Below are positions 42,505 to 54,023 of a DNA stretch of 64,000 nt, piece after piece. The stretch's first letter is position 1, and each line of letters opens with the position of its first letter. This stretch comes from Bdellovibrionales bacterium. Lineage in GTDB: Bacteria > Bdellovibrionota > Bdellovibrionia > Bdellovibrionales > UBA1609. The translations under genes and the position numbers were made by a program. Where the stretch lies: contig CBDCMT010000001.1 of the NCBI GenBank assembly GCA_965219095.1, positions 1,216,001-1,280,000 on the forward strand. The letters are read 5' to 3'. Under the pieces are notes generated by a model. The model was given only the letters and a program-made list of their open reading frames with translations, did no database searches and was not told where the DNA came from.

Positions 42505-43128
42505 ATGAGTACACCAAACACACTTTTAAATTATCTTACGCCTGTTGTCATTGAGCAAACCCCTAGAGGAGAGCGCTCTTACGATATTTATTCAAGACTT
42601 CTCAAAGATCGAATCATTATACTAGGGACAGATGTTAATGATGCTGTGGCTAATGTGATTGTGGCTCAAATGTTTTTTTTAGAAATGGAGAACCCTGACA
42701 AAGACATTAATCTTTATATCAACACCTCTGGGGGAAGCATTAGTGCAGGACTTGCTATTTATGATATTATGCAATTTGTCAAATGCAATGTGAGTACAAC
42801 TTGTATTGGTATGGCCGCTAGTATGGGTTCTCTTCTGCTTTGCGGAGGAGCTAAGGGCAAACGTTATATCCTCCCCCATTCAAAAACCATGCTCCACCAG
42901 CCTCTGATTATGGGGGGGCTTTCTGGACCAGCTAGTGATATTGAAATCCATACTAAAGAGCTTTTAGAGACCAAACAAAGGTTGACTGAAATTTATGTGG
43001 AACATACAGGTAAAAAATTCAAAGATATGACAAAGATTATGGATAGAGACAGCTTTTTTAACGCAGAGCAGTCCGTGACACTTGGAATTGTTGATAAAAT
43101 TGTACAATCCCGTAAAAAGGTGAAATAA
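42505..43128 (+). CDS. clpP: Clp protease proteolytic subunit
   Basis: [25 protein letters not shown]. Confidence 0.97.
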   Translation: MSTPNTLLNYLTPVVIEQTPRGERSYDIYSRLLKDRIIILGTDVNDAVANVIVAQMFFLEMENPDKDINLYINTSGGSISAGLAIYDIMQFVKCNVSTTCIGMAASMGSLLLCGGAKGKRYILPHSKTMLHQPLIMGGLSGPASDIEIHTKELLETKQRLTEIYVEHTGKKFKDMTKIMDRDSFFNAEQSVTLGIVDKIVQSRKKVK

Positions 43129-43154
43129 AGGGAATAAGAAAAGAAAGGTGTTTT

Positions 43155-44480
43155 ATGAGTAAAAAACCCCCTATTGATTCTTTAAGCTGTCATTTTTGCA
43201 ATAAAAAGCAAAAAGAAGTTAAGAAACTTATAGCAGGTCCTGGTGTTTATATTTGTGATGAATGTATTGAGCTTTGTAACCAGATCATTTCTGAAGAAAG
43301 AGAAAGAGATAAAGCTCTTGAAGGGGGTTTGAATTTTACTTTTGATATTCCCGTACCTCAAGAGATAAAAAAACAGCTTGATAGCTATGTTATAGGCCAA
43401 GAAGAAGCTAAAAAAGCTTTATCTGTAGCTGTTTATAACCATTACAAAAGAATTTCTTCAAATGCTAAAGGATCTCAAAAAAACAACGTAGAGATTACAA
43501 AAAGCAACATTTTGTTAGTCGGTCCTACAGGCAGTGGCAAAACTTTATTAGCCCAAACTATTGCTAGAATTTTAAATGTACCTTTTGCTATGGCGGATGC
43601 CACAACTCTAACTGAAGCAGGTTATGTGGGAGAGGATGTTGAAAACGTCATATTGTCTCTTCTGCAGTCTGCCGATTATGACGTGGAAAAAACGAAAAGA
43701 GGTGTTATTTATGTTGATGAAATTGACAAAGTTACTCGTAAATCAGAAAACCCTTCCATTACAAGAGACGTAAGCGGAGAAGGTGTACAACAAGCTCTTC
43801 TTAAAATTCTAGAAGGAACTGTGGCTAATTTGCCACCTAAAGGAGGAAGAAAACATCCTCAGCAGGATTTTATTAAAGTCGACACCACGGAAATTTTGTT
43901 CATTGTAGGAGGAGCTTTTGTAGGGCTTGATAAAATTATAGAAAATCGTCTTTCTAATCGTGCTCTAGGAATTACTGCTCAAATTCATACATCAGAAGAA
44001 AAAAGAGAATTTCATTTCAATCCTATAAAAAACGTAGAACCTGATGACTTTGCAAAGTATGGATTGATTCCTGAGTTTATAGGAAGGCTTCCTGTGTGTG
44101 CTATTTTAGACAACTTAGATGAAGCCCATCTTTTAGATATTTTAATCAAACCTAAAAACGCTATTACAAAACAATACATTAGCCTTTTTAAATACGAAAA
44201 TATTGATTTAAAGTTTACCAATAAAGCTCTTAAAGCAGTTGCTAAGAAATCTCTTGAAAGAAATACAGGAGCTAGAGGCTTAAGAAGTGTTCTAGAATCA
44301 GCTATGTTAGAACTTATGTACGATATTCCTTCTCAAAAAAATGTTAAAGGAGTTATTGTAGATGAGGGTGTTATTTTAGAAGATAAAGATCCTAAAATTA
44401 TTTTTGAAAAACTTTCAGATAAAAAGCCTCAAAAAAACTCTTCTTCAAGCCGAAACAATTCCTCACAAGAAAGTGCTTAA
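43155..44480 (+). CDS. clpX: Clp protease ATPase subunit
   Basis: Zn finger, [24 protein letters not shown]. Confidence 0.97.
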   Translation: MSKKPPIDSLSCHFCNKKQKEVKKLIAGPGVYICDECIELCNQIISEERERDKALEGGLNFTFDIPVPQEIKKQLDSYVIGQEEAKKALSVAVYNHYKRISSNAKGSQKNNVEITKSNILLVGPTGSGKTLLAQTIARILNVPFAMADATTLTEAGYVGEDVENVILSLLQSADYDVEKTKRGVIYVDEIDKVTRKSENPSITRDVSGEGVQQALLKILEGTVANLPPKGGRKHPQQDFIKVDTTEILFIVGGAFVGLDKIIENRLSNRALGITAQIHTSEEKREFHFNPIKNVEPDDFAKYGLIPEFIGRLPVCAILDNLDEAHLLDILIKPKNAITKQYISLFKYENIDLKFTNKALKAVAKKSLERNTGARGLRSVLESAMLELMYDIPSQKNVKGVIVDEGVILEDKDPKIIFEKLSDKKPQKNSSSSRNNSSQESA

Positions 44481-44707
44481 AAACAAAGATGAAAAACATT
44501 CTAAGGGCCAGAGCTTGTGTATTTATTTTTTTATAGACATCTTTTAAGATTTATTAAGTTTTCTTTAAAAGAGTTTCAATACTTACACAGACTCTGATGG
44601 GTTTTGTTGTGCTGAAAACAAGCCTAAAGTCAATTAACAGAAAGTTTCTTTTTTCTACGATTTCTTTGTGATAAAATAGATTCACTACAGGAGGGTAAGT
44701 AGATAAT

Positions 44708-47170
44708 ATGAGTAAGAAAAAACCAGATGTCATACAAGCTCCTTTGCTTCCTTTAAGAGATTTGATCATCTTTCCTAAGATGATGATGTTTTTTTTCGTA
44801 GGTCGAGAAAAAAGTATCAATGCTCTCGAGGAAGCTATGTCTAAAAAGACCAATATTATCTTATCAGCTCAAAAGGATGCTGCTCTCAGTGACCCTACAG
44901 AAGATCAGATTTATAGTATAGGAACTCTTGTGTCCATACTTCAAATGTTACGTCTTCCTGATGGCACTGTTAAAGTTCTTATCGAAGGAAAGCATAGAGT
45001 GAAGATTGACAAGTTTATAAAAAACGAAAATTTTCTTCTTATTGAAGCAAAAGAACTTATAGCCCCTGAAGAAGACTCTGTTGAGCTTAGTGCACTTATG
45101 AGATCTTTAAAAACAAGCTTCGAAGATTATGTGAAACTTAACAAAAGTATTTCTCCTGAGGCTCTTATGAAAGCTTCAAGTGTAGAGGATCCTTCCACCT
45201 TATCTGATATCATTGCTGCTAATATAAATCTTAAATTAGAAGACAAACAAAAGTTGCTTGAAACGATAAAAGTTGGAAAAAGGCTTGAAACTATTTTAGA
45301 GATCGTTACAGGTGAAATCGAGATCTTAGAAGTTGAGAAAAAAATTCGTGGCCGTGTGAAAAAACAAATGGAAAAATCTCAAAAAGAATATTACTTAAAC
45401 GAACAAATGCAAGCCATTCAAAAAGAATTAGGAGAAAAGGATGCTTATGCCACTGAACTTTTAGAGCTTGAGAAACAGGTTAAAAATAAAAAGATGCCTA
45501 AAGAGGCGAAAGATAAAGCTCTTAAAGAAATCAAGAAGCTTAAAATGATGTCTTCTGCAAGTGCGGAAGCAACTGTTGTGAGAAACTATGTGGATTGGAT
45601 TTTTGGACTTCCTTGGCAAAATTATAAGCCTCTTAAAACAGATTTAAATTACGCTCAGAAAATTTTAGATGAAGATCATTGGGGCTTAGAAAAAATTAAA
45701 GAAAGAATTATAGAGAACTTAGCTGTTCAAACTCTTGCAAAAAAGAATACAGGTCCTATTTTATGTCTTGTAGGTCCTCCCGGGGTTGGTAAAACCTCCT
45801 TAGCCCGTTCTGTAGCACGAGCCTTAGGACGGGATTTTGCACGTATCTCTTTAGGAGGGGTCAGAGATGAAGCTGAAATACGAGGTCATAGAAAAACCTA
45901 TGTAGGAGCTATGCCGGGAAAAATACTTCAATCTATGAGAAAGGTGAGTTCTGGAAACCCTCTAATTTTGTTAGATGAAGTTGATAAAATGAGTTCTGAT
46001 TTTCGAGGTGATCCTTCTTCAGCTCTCTTAGAGGTTTTGGATTCAGAACAAAATAACTCGTTTCAAGATCATTATTTAGAGCTAGAATACGATTTATCGA
46101 AAGTGATGTTTGTGACCACAGCTAACTCACTTCATAACATTTTAAAACCTCTTCTGGATCGTATGGAGGTGATTTTTCTTAATAGCTATATCGAACAAGA
46201 AAAGTACCATATCAGCACAAAGTATCTTATTCCTAAGCAAATCAAAGAGCATGGCTTGCAAGAATTTGGACTTCAATTTACAGACAATGGTATTTACGAA
46301 GTGATACGTCACTATACAAAAGAAGCCGGTGTTAGAAGCCTTGAAAGAAAAATAGCTACTCTTTGTAGAAAAGTAGCTAAAAAGATCATTTTAGAAAAAC
46401 AAAACCTCATAAAACAAGATTCTAAAGATTCTACAAAAAAATCAAAAACTTCTGGTATTGTTTTAAATGCAAAAAAAGTAAGACAAATGCTGGGTAAAGA
46501 AAGAGCTATTTTCAGTAAAATTGAAGAAAAAGATGAAATAGGGGCAACCCATGGACTGGCTTTCACAGAGGTGGGAGGAGATCTTCTTTTAATTGAAGCT
46601 ACTGTGGTCCCGGGAAAAGGAAAATTTGTGATCACAGGTCAGTTGGGGAATGTCATGAAAGAGTCATGCTCTGCAGCACTTAGTTATGTTCGATCAAGAG
46701 GTCCTGTTTTTGGACTTGCTAGCGATATTTTCACTGAAAATGATGTACATATTCACGTTCCAGAGGGAGGAGTGCCTAAAGAAGGCCCTTCGGCGGGTAT
46801 TGCTATTACCACAAGTATTGTTTCAGCGTTCTTAAAAATTCCTGTCAGAAGAACTGTGGCTATGACAGGAGAAGTAACTTTGAGAGGCAAGATTTTGCCT
46901 ATTGGAGGGCTTAAGGAAAAAATCTTAGCAGGTCATCGTGCAGGTATTAAAACAATCTTTATCCCACAAGAAAACAAAAAAGACCTTATAGATATACCCA
47001 AGACTATTCTTAAAAGCTTAGATGTTATTCCTGTAGAATATGTGGATCAAGTTTTAACACAAGCCTTAAATGTTAAATCCTCTAAAGAGATTTTTAAGAT
47101 AACATCTTTAAAGGTGCGTAACTTGAAAGCTAAAAACAACTCTGATAATAAAACTCCACCCCTTTGCTAA
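44708..47170 (+). CDS. lon: Lon protease
   Basis: GPPGVGKTS, PKEGPSAG, IGGLKEK. Confidence 0.97.
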   Translation: MSKKKPDVIQAPLLPLRDLIIFPKMMMFFFVGREKSINALEEAMSKKTNIILSAQKDAALSDPTEDQIYSIGTLVSILQMLRLPDGTVKVLIEGKHRVKIDKFIKNENFLLIEAKELIAPEEDSVELSALMRSLKTSFEDYVKLNKSISPEALMKASSVEDPSTLSDIIAANINLKLEDKQKLLETIKVGKRLETILEIVTGEIEILEVEKKIRGRVKKQMEKSQKEYYLNEQMQAIQKELGEKDAYATELLELEKQVKNKKMPKEAKDKALKEIKKLKMMSSASAEATVVRNYVDWIFGLPWQNYKPLKTDLNYAQKILDEDHWGLEKIKERIIENLAVQTLAKKNTGPILCLVGPPGVGKTSLARSVARALGRDFARISLGGVRDEAEIRGHRKTYVGAMPGKILQSMRKVSSGNPLILLDEVDKMSSDFRGDPSSALLEVLDSEQNNSFQDHYLELEYDLSKVMFVTTANSLHNILKPLLDRMEVIFLNSYIEQEKYHISTKYLIPKQIKEHGLQEFGLQFTDNGIYEVIRHYTKEAGVRSLERKIATLCRKVAKKIILEKQNLIKQDSKDSTKKSKTSGIVLNAKKVRQMLGKERAIFSKIEEKDEIGATHGLAFTEVGGDLLLIEATVVPGKGKFVITGQLGNVMKESCSAALSYVRSRGPVFGLASDIFTENDVHIHVPEGGVPKEGPSAGIAITTSIVSAFLKIPVRRTVAMTGEVTLRGKILPIGGLKEKILAGHRAGIKTIFIPQENKKDLIDIPKTILKSLDVIPVEYVDQVLTQALNVKSSKEIFKITSLKVRNLKAKNNSDNKTPPLC

Positions 47171-47346
47171 TTCCATAAAAAAATTTCTTTTTCTAAAACT
47201 TAATGAGAATAAAAGCAGTTTTTTTCTTAAGAAAATGAAATTTTTACATTTCAAAAAGACATAAAAGGTATGAGAAATAAAAAAAAAGTAAATGCTGAGC
47301 GTCAATCACTCTAAATTTTTAAGAAAATGTGTAAAAATTAAAACTA

Positions 47347-48510
47347 ATGAGAGAGGATGTAGGAAATCACTTTATTGATAAGTCTTTTCAACAAGACATG
47401 GTAAGCTCTCATGCTTATCATAATAATTCTTTAGAGGACATTCAACTTAAGTTCCAGCTAGGTCGTTTAAAAGAGGCCGGAAGACAATTAAACACTTTTC
47501 TTTTTAACAAAGATAGACAAAATCGTATTCTTCCCTATTTTGATGCTTTTAATATTCTTATCCTTGTTTATAAAGAAATGGGTGATCAGGAGGCCTTTTA
47601 TAACCTTCAAAGCTTTTTTAAACAGGAGTGCGAAGTGTTACCAGAAATAGAAAAAACCTTTGAATTTAATTTTTATGTAGGTTCTTGTAATTACTATATA
47701 AGAGATTATCAAAAAGCTCTTTATTTTTTTCAAGAAGCTTTGAACATAGCTTTAGAGAGAAATAACAGAAACCACTTATGTCGCTTATCTTTTTGTTTAG
47801 CTCAAACTTACAAAGCTTTAAAACAAAACGAAAAAGCTCTTGAAGAACTGAATAATTTGTCTGTATTCTTCCAAGTTATGCCACTTTTTGATCTTGAAAT
47901 GCAGGGGATCATTTTAAAATCAAATATCTTCAAGCATCAGCAAAACTTTTCATTGGCTTTAAACACTCTTCTATGTGCTTTTGATAAATTAAGAAAAGAA
48001 AAAAATTATTATTTTTTAGCTCACTTTTTATTTGAACTAGGGCTTACTCATAAAGGCATTGGAGAAACAAAGAAAGCTCTTTCTTATTTCCATTCCTTAA
48101 ATTACATTATAGATGAGGAAAATTTCCCTTACCTCTTCAAAAAAACCAAAGATAATCTTAACCTTCTCAGCCCTTATGAGCAAAAAGAAGGTTATGACAT
48201 TATTTTAAATATCTCTCACCATAAAATTACAGAAAAAATAAAAGGAGAGATTGACTTTAAAAACCAATATATGTTGTTTAATGTTTTAAAACTTTTCATC
48301 CTAAATCCTAACAAGGTATTTTCCAAAAAAGAGTTAACGGAAAAAATTTGGAAAGAGGAATATAACTCAAAGTCTCATGACAATAAAATTTATGTGACTA
48401 TCAAACGTTTAAGAGAGATTTTAGAAACTAAAGATACTTGCTCCCGTTATATTTTCCGCTCAAAAGGCGGGTATCATTTAAACTTAGATTTAAAAATCCT
48501 TGTTCAATAA
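47347..48510 (+). CDS. TPR-repeat protein with C-terminal OmpR-like winged helix
   Basis: TPR-like helices; FSKKELTEKIW..DNKIYVTIKRLR..GGYHL. Confidence 0.82.
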   Translation: MREDVGNHFIDKSFQQDMVSSHAYHNNSLEDIQLKFQLGRLKEAGRQLNTFLFNKDRQNRILPYFDAFNILILVYKEMGDQEAFYNLQSFFKQECEVLPEIEKTFEFNFYVGSCNYYIRDYQKALYFFQEALNIALERNNRNHLCRLSFCLAQTYKALKQNEKALEELNNLSVFFQVMPLFDLEMQGIILKSNIFKHQQNFSLALNTLLCAFDKLRKEKNYYFLAHFLFELGLTHKGIGETKKALSYFHSLNYIIDEENFPYLFKKTKDNLNLLSPYEQKEGYDIILNISHHKITEKIKGEIDFKNQYMLFNVLKLFILNPNKVFSKKELTEKIWKEEYNSKSHDNKIYVTIKRLREILETKDTCSRYIFRSKGGYHLNLDLKILVQ

Positions 48511-48557
48511 TCCATAATTTTTCTATTTTTCTAAGCGTCTTACCTGTGAGTTTCCAG

Positions 48558-48753
48558 GAGGATGTCCCATTTCTCGGTGGAATTCTGTTCAAAAATGGAG
48601 CAGATAAGAGGACTCCCTGGTGGATTTTTAAGTCCACCTAGGATTTAATAAATATTTAGAATGAATTAAAAATTAAACAAAAGGAGTCCAAAATGAAGAA
48701 TACAAAAGAAAAAATATCAATTCAAGAACTATCGGATCACAAGGAGATTCAAG
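48558..48753 (+). mobile_element. IS256 left-end fragment
   Basis: Near-identical to 17464-17659. Confidence 0.9.
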
Positions 48754-48821
48754 GTAACTGTTCAGAAAAATTCTAGTAAATTGTTGAAATTTCACTAAAA
48801 GCTCCTATGCCTATAATGTTA

Positions 48822-48895
48822 TATAGTGAATACGCTTAGATTTTCCGGTCGATTCTTTAGAGAAAAAACATGAAAACCTAAACGGAAGCACTATA
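48822..48895. mobile_element. 74-bp MITE, copy 2
   Basis: Near reverse complement of 31293-31366. Confidence 0.82.
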
Positions 48896-50771
48896 TGATG
48901 TTTTTCGTTTAGATTTTCAGATTTTTTGAGTTAGGGTCTAGTTTTTATTCAAAAGTATTGATAAATCGTCATTTGTTTTAAAAAATAGTTTCATATGATA
49001 ATTCTTCCTTTAGATTCTAAAAACTTAAACGGAAAGGACTATATAGTGCTTAAGAAAGCACAAAAAGAAATAAAATGTTTAGAAAAAGATTACAAGCATT
49101 TAGAAGAAGAGCATGAGCATTTAGAAGAAGATTACAAGCATTTAGAAGAAGAGCGTGAGCGTTTAGAAGAAGAGAACAAGCGTTTAAAAAAAGATAATGA
49201 ACATTTTAAAAAAGAAAATAAGAAACTAAAAGAGGAGCTTCAATCAATACGCAAGCCTCCTAAGTGGGCTAAAAAGAACAAGAATAAAAATCCAGATGGA
49301 AGCCTTAAAAAAGGAAAAAAGAAGGGTCCTAAAAAGGGTCATAAAGTTCATCGAAGAAAAAGGCCTGAGGAAGCGGATTAGGAGACCACTTGGACTCCAC
49401 TGGTTTGTAGTAAATGTGACTCTGATCTTCCTCCCTCTCATAAGTGGCATGTTCACTATCAGGTGGATTTACACCTGTAAGTCAAGTCATCACCACGAAA
49501 CACATTTTAGGCTGGAGTTGGTGCAGTTGTTGTAACAAGGAGGTTTCTGTCAGTGATAAGTTGGGAGCGAGTCTTTATGGTCCTAAGTTTCATGCTCAAG
49601 TGTGTTATTGGAAATATGAGTTGGGTTTAAGTTTTGGTAAAATAACAAATCTTTTGTCTGATCAATATGGTATGGAAATCAGTCGTGGTGTTTTGTCAGA
49701 GATTATAAGTCGTACGGCAAGGAAGTTTGAGGGGGCTTACGAGGATATCAAGTCCGTGTTATCGGAGCAGGGGCATTTGCATGCTGATGAGACAGGATGG
49801 AGAGTGAATGGGAACAGTCATTGGCTCTGGAGTTTTTCAAATGATGATGTGTCATTTTATAAGATTGATCAAACTCGTTCGCAAGATGTAGTTAAAAATG
49901 TTCTTGGAGAAGTTTTTCGTGGAGTTTTAGTTTCAGATTTTTATGCTGCCTATAACAAGATTGACTGTCAAAAGCAAAAATGTTGGCCCCATCTTTTAAG
50001 GGAGCTTCATGGGCTAAAAGAAAAACATCCTAAAAGCAAAGAAATTGCTCAGTTTTCTAAGAGAGCCAAACTTTTTTTCAAGAGGGGAAAAAGGTTGCAA
50101 AATGAATATGAGAGTAAAGAAAATATCGATCGAAAATACAAACTGCTTATGTGTGATACAGAAAAATGGGTATCAAAAAAATACAGAAGCCATGACTTAC
50201 AAAGACTTTGTAAACGTTTGGTCAAATATCGAGATGAAATTTATACTTTCATTAAGTCTGGAGTAGACCCCACTAACAATTATGGAGAGAGGGAAATTAG
50301 GCCTGCTGTACTTATGAGAAAAATCTCTTATTGCAATCGCTCAGAACAGGGAGCACATAACCAAGAGGTTATGATGAGTGTCGCTCGAACGGCCAAAAAA
50401 CAGAATCTATCCTTCGTTGACATGGCTACTGAATTGTAATAGTCGCGACTTAATCTGACACGTCTCGAAATGTCAAAGAGATGAAAAGAGGTTACCCTTT
50501 TAAATAAACAATACCACCCCAAAGGGTGGAGAAAGGATAACAAAAATGACATATCAAGAAAGAATTATAAAATCAAAAGTAGGTCTTTTGCAATTAGCAG
50601 AAGAGTTAGGCAATGTATCTCAAGCTTGTAAGGTGATGGGCTTTTCAAGAGATACATTTTATCGTTACAAGACACTCAAAGAGGAAGGAGGTTTAGAATC
50701 ATTAAGAGAGCAAAGTCGTAGAAAGCCTAATTTAAAAAACAGTGATCTTCCCCCAAAAAAGTGGACAGTTT

Positions 50772-51638
50772 TTATGTTCTTAAAGCCCTCCTTTGTTTAA
50801 ATTCTTTTGGGCTCATGTATTTCAAGGAAGAATGCATTCTTACCTTGTTATACCAATCCATGTAAATTGCAATTTTTTTCTCCAACTCTTCTTTCGTTGT
50901 ACAGTCTTTGTATTCCAGTTCATCCTTCAACGTATGGAAAAAGCTCTCCACAAACGCATTATCATAACAATTTCCTTTCCTAGACATAGATTGCTTGAGG
51001 CCAAAGAATTTCAATTCTTTTCTAAACCCTTCACAACAATATTGAACCCCTTGATCCGAGTGGATTATCAAGCCCTCTAAGTTCCCAGAAACAGATTGGA
51101 CTGCGGCTCTCAGAGCCTGTTTTGAATGAACCCCGTCCAAGCTCTCACAGAGCTTCCAAGACTTAATCTCTCGATTATAGACATCTAAAAATACAACCAA
51201 ATACAGAAATTTATCTCTAAAAGGAATATAGGTTAAATCCGAACACCATACCTGGTTTTCTTTTCCTGCTTGGCTCTGTCCTGTCTTAAACAACCGAGGA
51301 GACTTAATCATGAGAGGGTTATTCTTTGTTGTTCTAGGAACATAGGGTTTTTTCTGACGGGCACTGAGATTCTTTAGTTTCATAATTCGAGCTACTTTGT
51401 TTTCTCCAGCACTCACTCCGCAACGCTTTAATTCCCTATACACCCTGGGGGAACCATAACAGCCTTTATTTTTTTTAAAAATAGATTCTATGTTTTTCTC
51501 CAGATTTTTATCCTTTTCAAGCTTTCCCCTGGTTTTTAAAAAACTATAAAAACCAGAACGAGATCCTCTTAATAATTCGCAAATGCGAAGCACTGGATGC
51601 CCTTTCTCTTTTACATAAAACATAGCCTTAAATCTCAT
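50772..51638 (-). CDS. IS3 OrfB (DDE)
   Basis: WCSDLTY, HSDQGVQY, GNCYDNAFVESFF. Confidence 0.93.
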   Translation of the reverse strand: MRFKAMFYVKEKGHPVLRICELLRGSRSGFYSFLKTRGKLEKDKNLEKNIESIFKKNKGCYGSPRVYRELKRCGVSAGENKVARIMKLKNLSARQKKPYVPRTTKNNPLMIKSPRLFKTGQSQAGKENQVWCSDLTYIPFRDKFLYLVVFLDVYNREIKSWKLCESLDGVHSKQALRAAVQSVSGNLEGLIIHSDQGVQYCCEGFRKELKFFGLKQSMSRKGNCYDNAFVESFFHTLKDELEYKDCTTKEELEKKIAIYMDWYNKVRMHSSLKYMSPKEFKQRRALRT

Positions 51639-51940
51639 TTCAGGATTTCCTTTGAAAAAAAAGCCGCTGCCTCTTTCAATATACCTACACTCCGCCTCTC
51701 ATAGACCAGCTCCTTTTTTAACCTCTTTATTTCCTCCAATGCCGAAGCCAAGTCATGGGAAGCTTGTCTTTCTACTTCAGGCTTTAGAAAACGCTTCCAA
51801 GAGCTTATCACTTGGAAATTTCTCAGTCCTAGCTTCTCTGAGGCTTCCTTTGCACCTATTTCCTCTGCCAATTCAATGGCTTGCTTTTTAAACTCTTCCG
51901 AGTACTGTTTTACTTTTTCCATTCTTTCTTTTACCTCCAT
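51635..51940 (-). CDS. IS3 OrfA
   Basis: YSEEFKKQA...ILKEAAAFF. Confidence 0.9.
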   Translation of the reverse strand: MEVKERMEKVKQYSEEFKKQAIELAEEIGAKEASEKLGLRNFQVISSWKRFLKPEVERQASHDLASALEEIKRLKKELVYERRSVGILKEAAAFFSKEILK

Positions 51941-52097
51941 TTTATGGAGACTTTAAGAGAAAATTGACTGTCCGCAGAAACAGGGGAAGATCAGTTTTTT
52001 ATCAACCCAGAAAGGGTAACTGTCAGATCATATAACGTCTATTACAACTGAATACCTCTCTAAACATTAAAATTACTAGAATTTAAGTGAACAGTTA

Positions 52098-53509
52098 TAC
52101 CAATTACAGAAATTAATTCGACATTTTCATGTTCAAATTTAAAATTTTAAAATTGACTTAAGGAAAAGCTTCAGTTAGGAGATTTTAAAAAAACTTCTTT
52201 TGAGGGGAGGTGAGTTTTCATAAGATATGTTTATTTCAGGTATATCTATTTGTTGTGTGAATCGATTGATGGGTTAAAATAAGTGAAAAAGTGAGGGTAA
52301 AATTTAAAATGACAAAAATCAGTTAAACAATTTAATTTATAGGTTCAAATTAATTTACAAGCTTGATTCATCTTGTTGTTTTGCCCAAGATCGAGTGCAT
52401 AATTTTTTAATCCTGCCCTCCTGATCGCAAAAAGTATTCCAGGCCTCACAACAAGTATTCAGTATATGGTCATAGTTTTTAAAACATGCATTCGATAATT
52501 TGATCCTTCGTAATTGTTGCCAGACTTGTTCCATGGGATTTAATTCTGGACTATAAGGAGGTAAAGGCATCAGGGATAAATTCTTAGGAACTATCAAAGT
52601 CTCTGTGGTATGCCAACTGGCTCTGTCCATTAAAACAATTCCATGATAGTTTTCTTGAATATTTTTAGATATCTCATCTAAGTGAATTTGCATCATCCCT
52701 GAATTACATTCCGGTAAGATCCAAGCACAGCCTTTATCTCTATCCGGACAAACTGCTCCAAAAATATAAGTGGATAAAAATTGTCTTTGTCTCACAACTC
52801 TAGGCCGTGTGCCTTTTCTTGCCCAAATCCTACTCAAAGAACCTTGCTGAGCTTATTCTGCATTCATCCTGCCACCAAATCTCTATTTTATGAGTCTGAA
52901 TCTTTTCCTTTATTTTCTCCACCTCTTCTGGAAAATGTTCCTTAAACTGTTCCATAGCTTCTTGTGAAGTTTTAGGATGAAGAGAACGACCACTGATCCA
53001 TACAATATTAAGACGGTCTAAAGAAACATAAACCCCAGAAAGAGAATAGCAACAGTCAAATTCATCTGCTAAAAGTTCCTGTATTCCCTTTGCTCCTATG
53101 CTGCCTCCTTCTCTTTTGTCTTGAATTTCATCTAACTTGATTTTGAACCTCTCTTCTTCTGTCACTGGCAAACGAGGCTTGCGTCCTCTGCCTTCTCGAT
53201 CTATCAATCCCTCGTAATCAAAGTCTACAAAAAAAGACTGTAACCAAGATTTGATACTGTGACGATGATAGAAAACCATATTTAGCTGTTTCTTGAATCG
53301 ATTTTCCTTCTTGCATATGCTGCAAAGCCAATAATTTTGTCTTGATGTTGGCACTTCTTTCTACTTTGTAAGTAGCCAGAAAATTATACCCTTGAATCTG
53401 TGTAACTAAATCTTTTTTCGACATGACTCTAAAAATTTAACAGAGTTTTATCAAAAAGCCAGGACGCAATGCGTTAAAAAAATGTCGAATTAATTTTTGG
53501 AAATGGTAT
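52098..53509 (-). mobile_element. IS630-family element (type D), frameshifted transposase 52355-53424
   Basis: IRs TACCAATTACAGAAATTAATTCGACATTTT; WQDECR, MDRASWH, LPPYSPELNPMEQVW. Confidence 0.88.
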
Positions 53510-53773
53510 TAGTATAGTCTTCAAAAGCATCTCTTCCCTCCTTTGGGTTTTTTTAAGGCATCTGGGAAGTAGGTGCTTCTTTTTTAAAATTTTAATGTAA
53601 TACAGCAAATAAAAGAATGTTTTTGAGTTCAATCGCCAAAGGCGATAGAGGCCAGTAAGGGCCTCAAAGAACTCAAAAATACAAGACAGGATATCTTACT
53701 CTTGCTTTGATTAATATGAGCTCTTTTTGGGGATTTCTAGCTACTTTTTACCCACAAATTCCCGGGAGGAGCC
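53510..53773 (-). mobile_element. ISL3 left-end fragment
   Basis: Similar to 8299-8584. Confidence 0.85.
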
Positions 53774-54023
53774 AAAAATTATTGTTTCTCAAGGTGCTAT
53801 AAATCAGAGAGTCTATCAGCTTAAAAACGACCTTTAAACTTGCGACAAACTTGCGACAGAAAAGTTTATAGCTATCTGATACTACTGAACTTCCCCAATC
53901 CCTATTAATCACTTATAAGTGTCTCTTGTTGAAGTTTAAAGATCATCCTCATAGGAATATCGGGTCTTCCTACTAAAGAGTATAGCAAAAAGAAGATCAG
54001 AAAACAAACAAAGTCGCTCAATT

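Larger units (their letters stand above)
50743..51993 (-). mobile_element. IS3-family element, complete
   Basis: TGATCTTCCCC / GGGGAAGATCA ends. Confidence 0.93.
50435..52046 (+). mobile_element. IS481-family element, mostly deleted
   Basis: TGTAATAG...CTATTACA ends, TSD ACTGAAT; ORF 50546 LAEELGNVSQACKVMGFSRDTFYRY. Confidence 0.85.
48754..52097 (+). mobile_element. IS66-family element (third type), frameshifted, hosting MITE, IS481 and IS3
   Basis: GTAACTGTTCA...TGAACAGTTA ends; ORFs 48995-49381 and 49444-50439 (HADETGW, TNNYGERE). Confidence 0.85.

Noticed and set aside
49080..49200. 21-bp EEDYKHL-type repeats
   Set aside because: Coiled-coil heptads of the IS66 transposase N-terminus.
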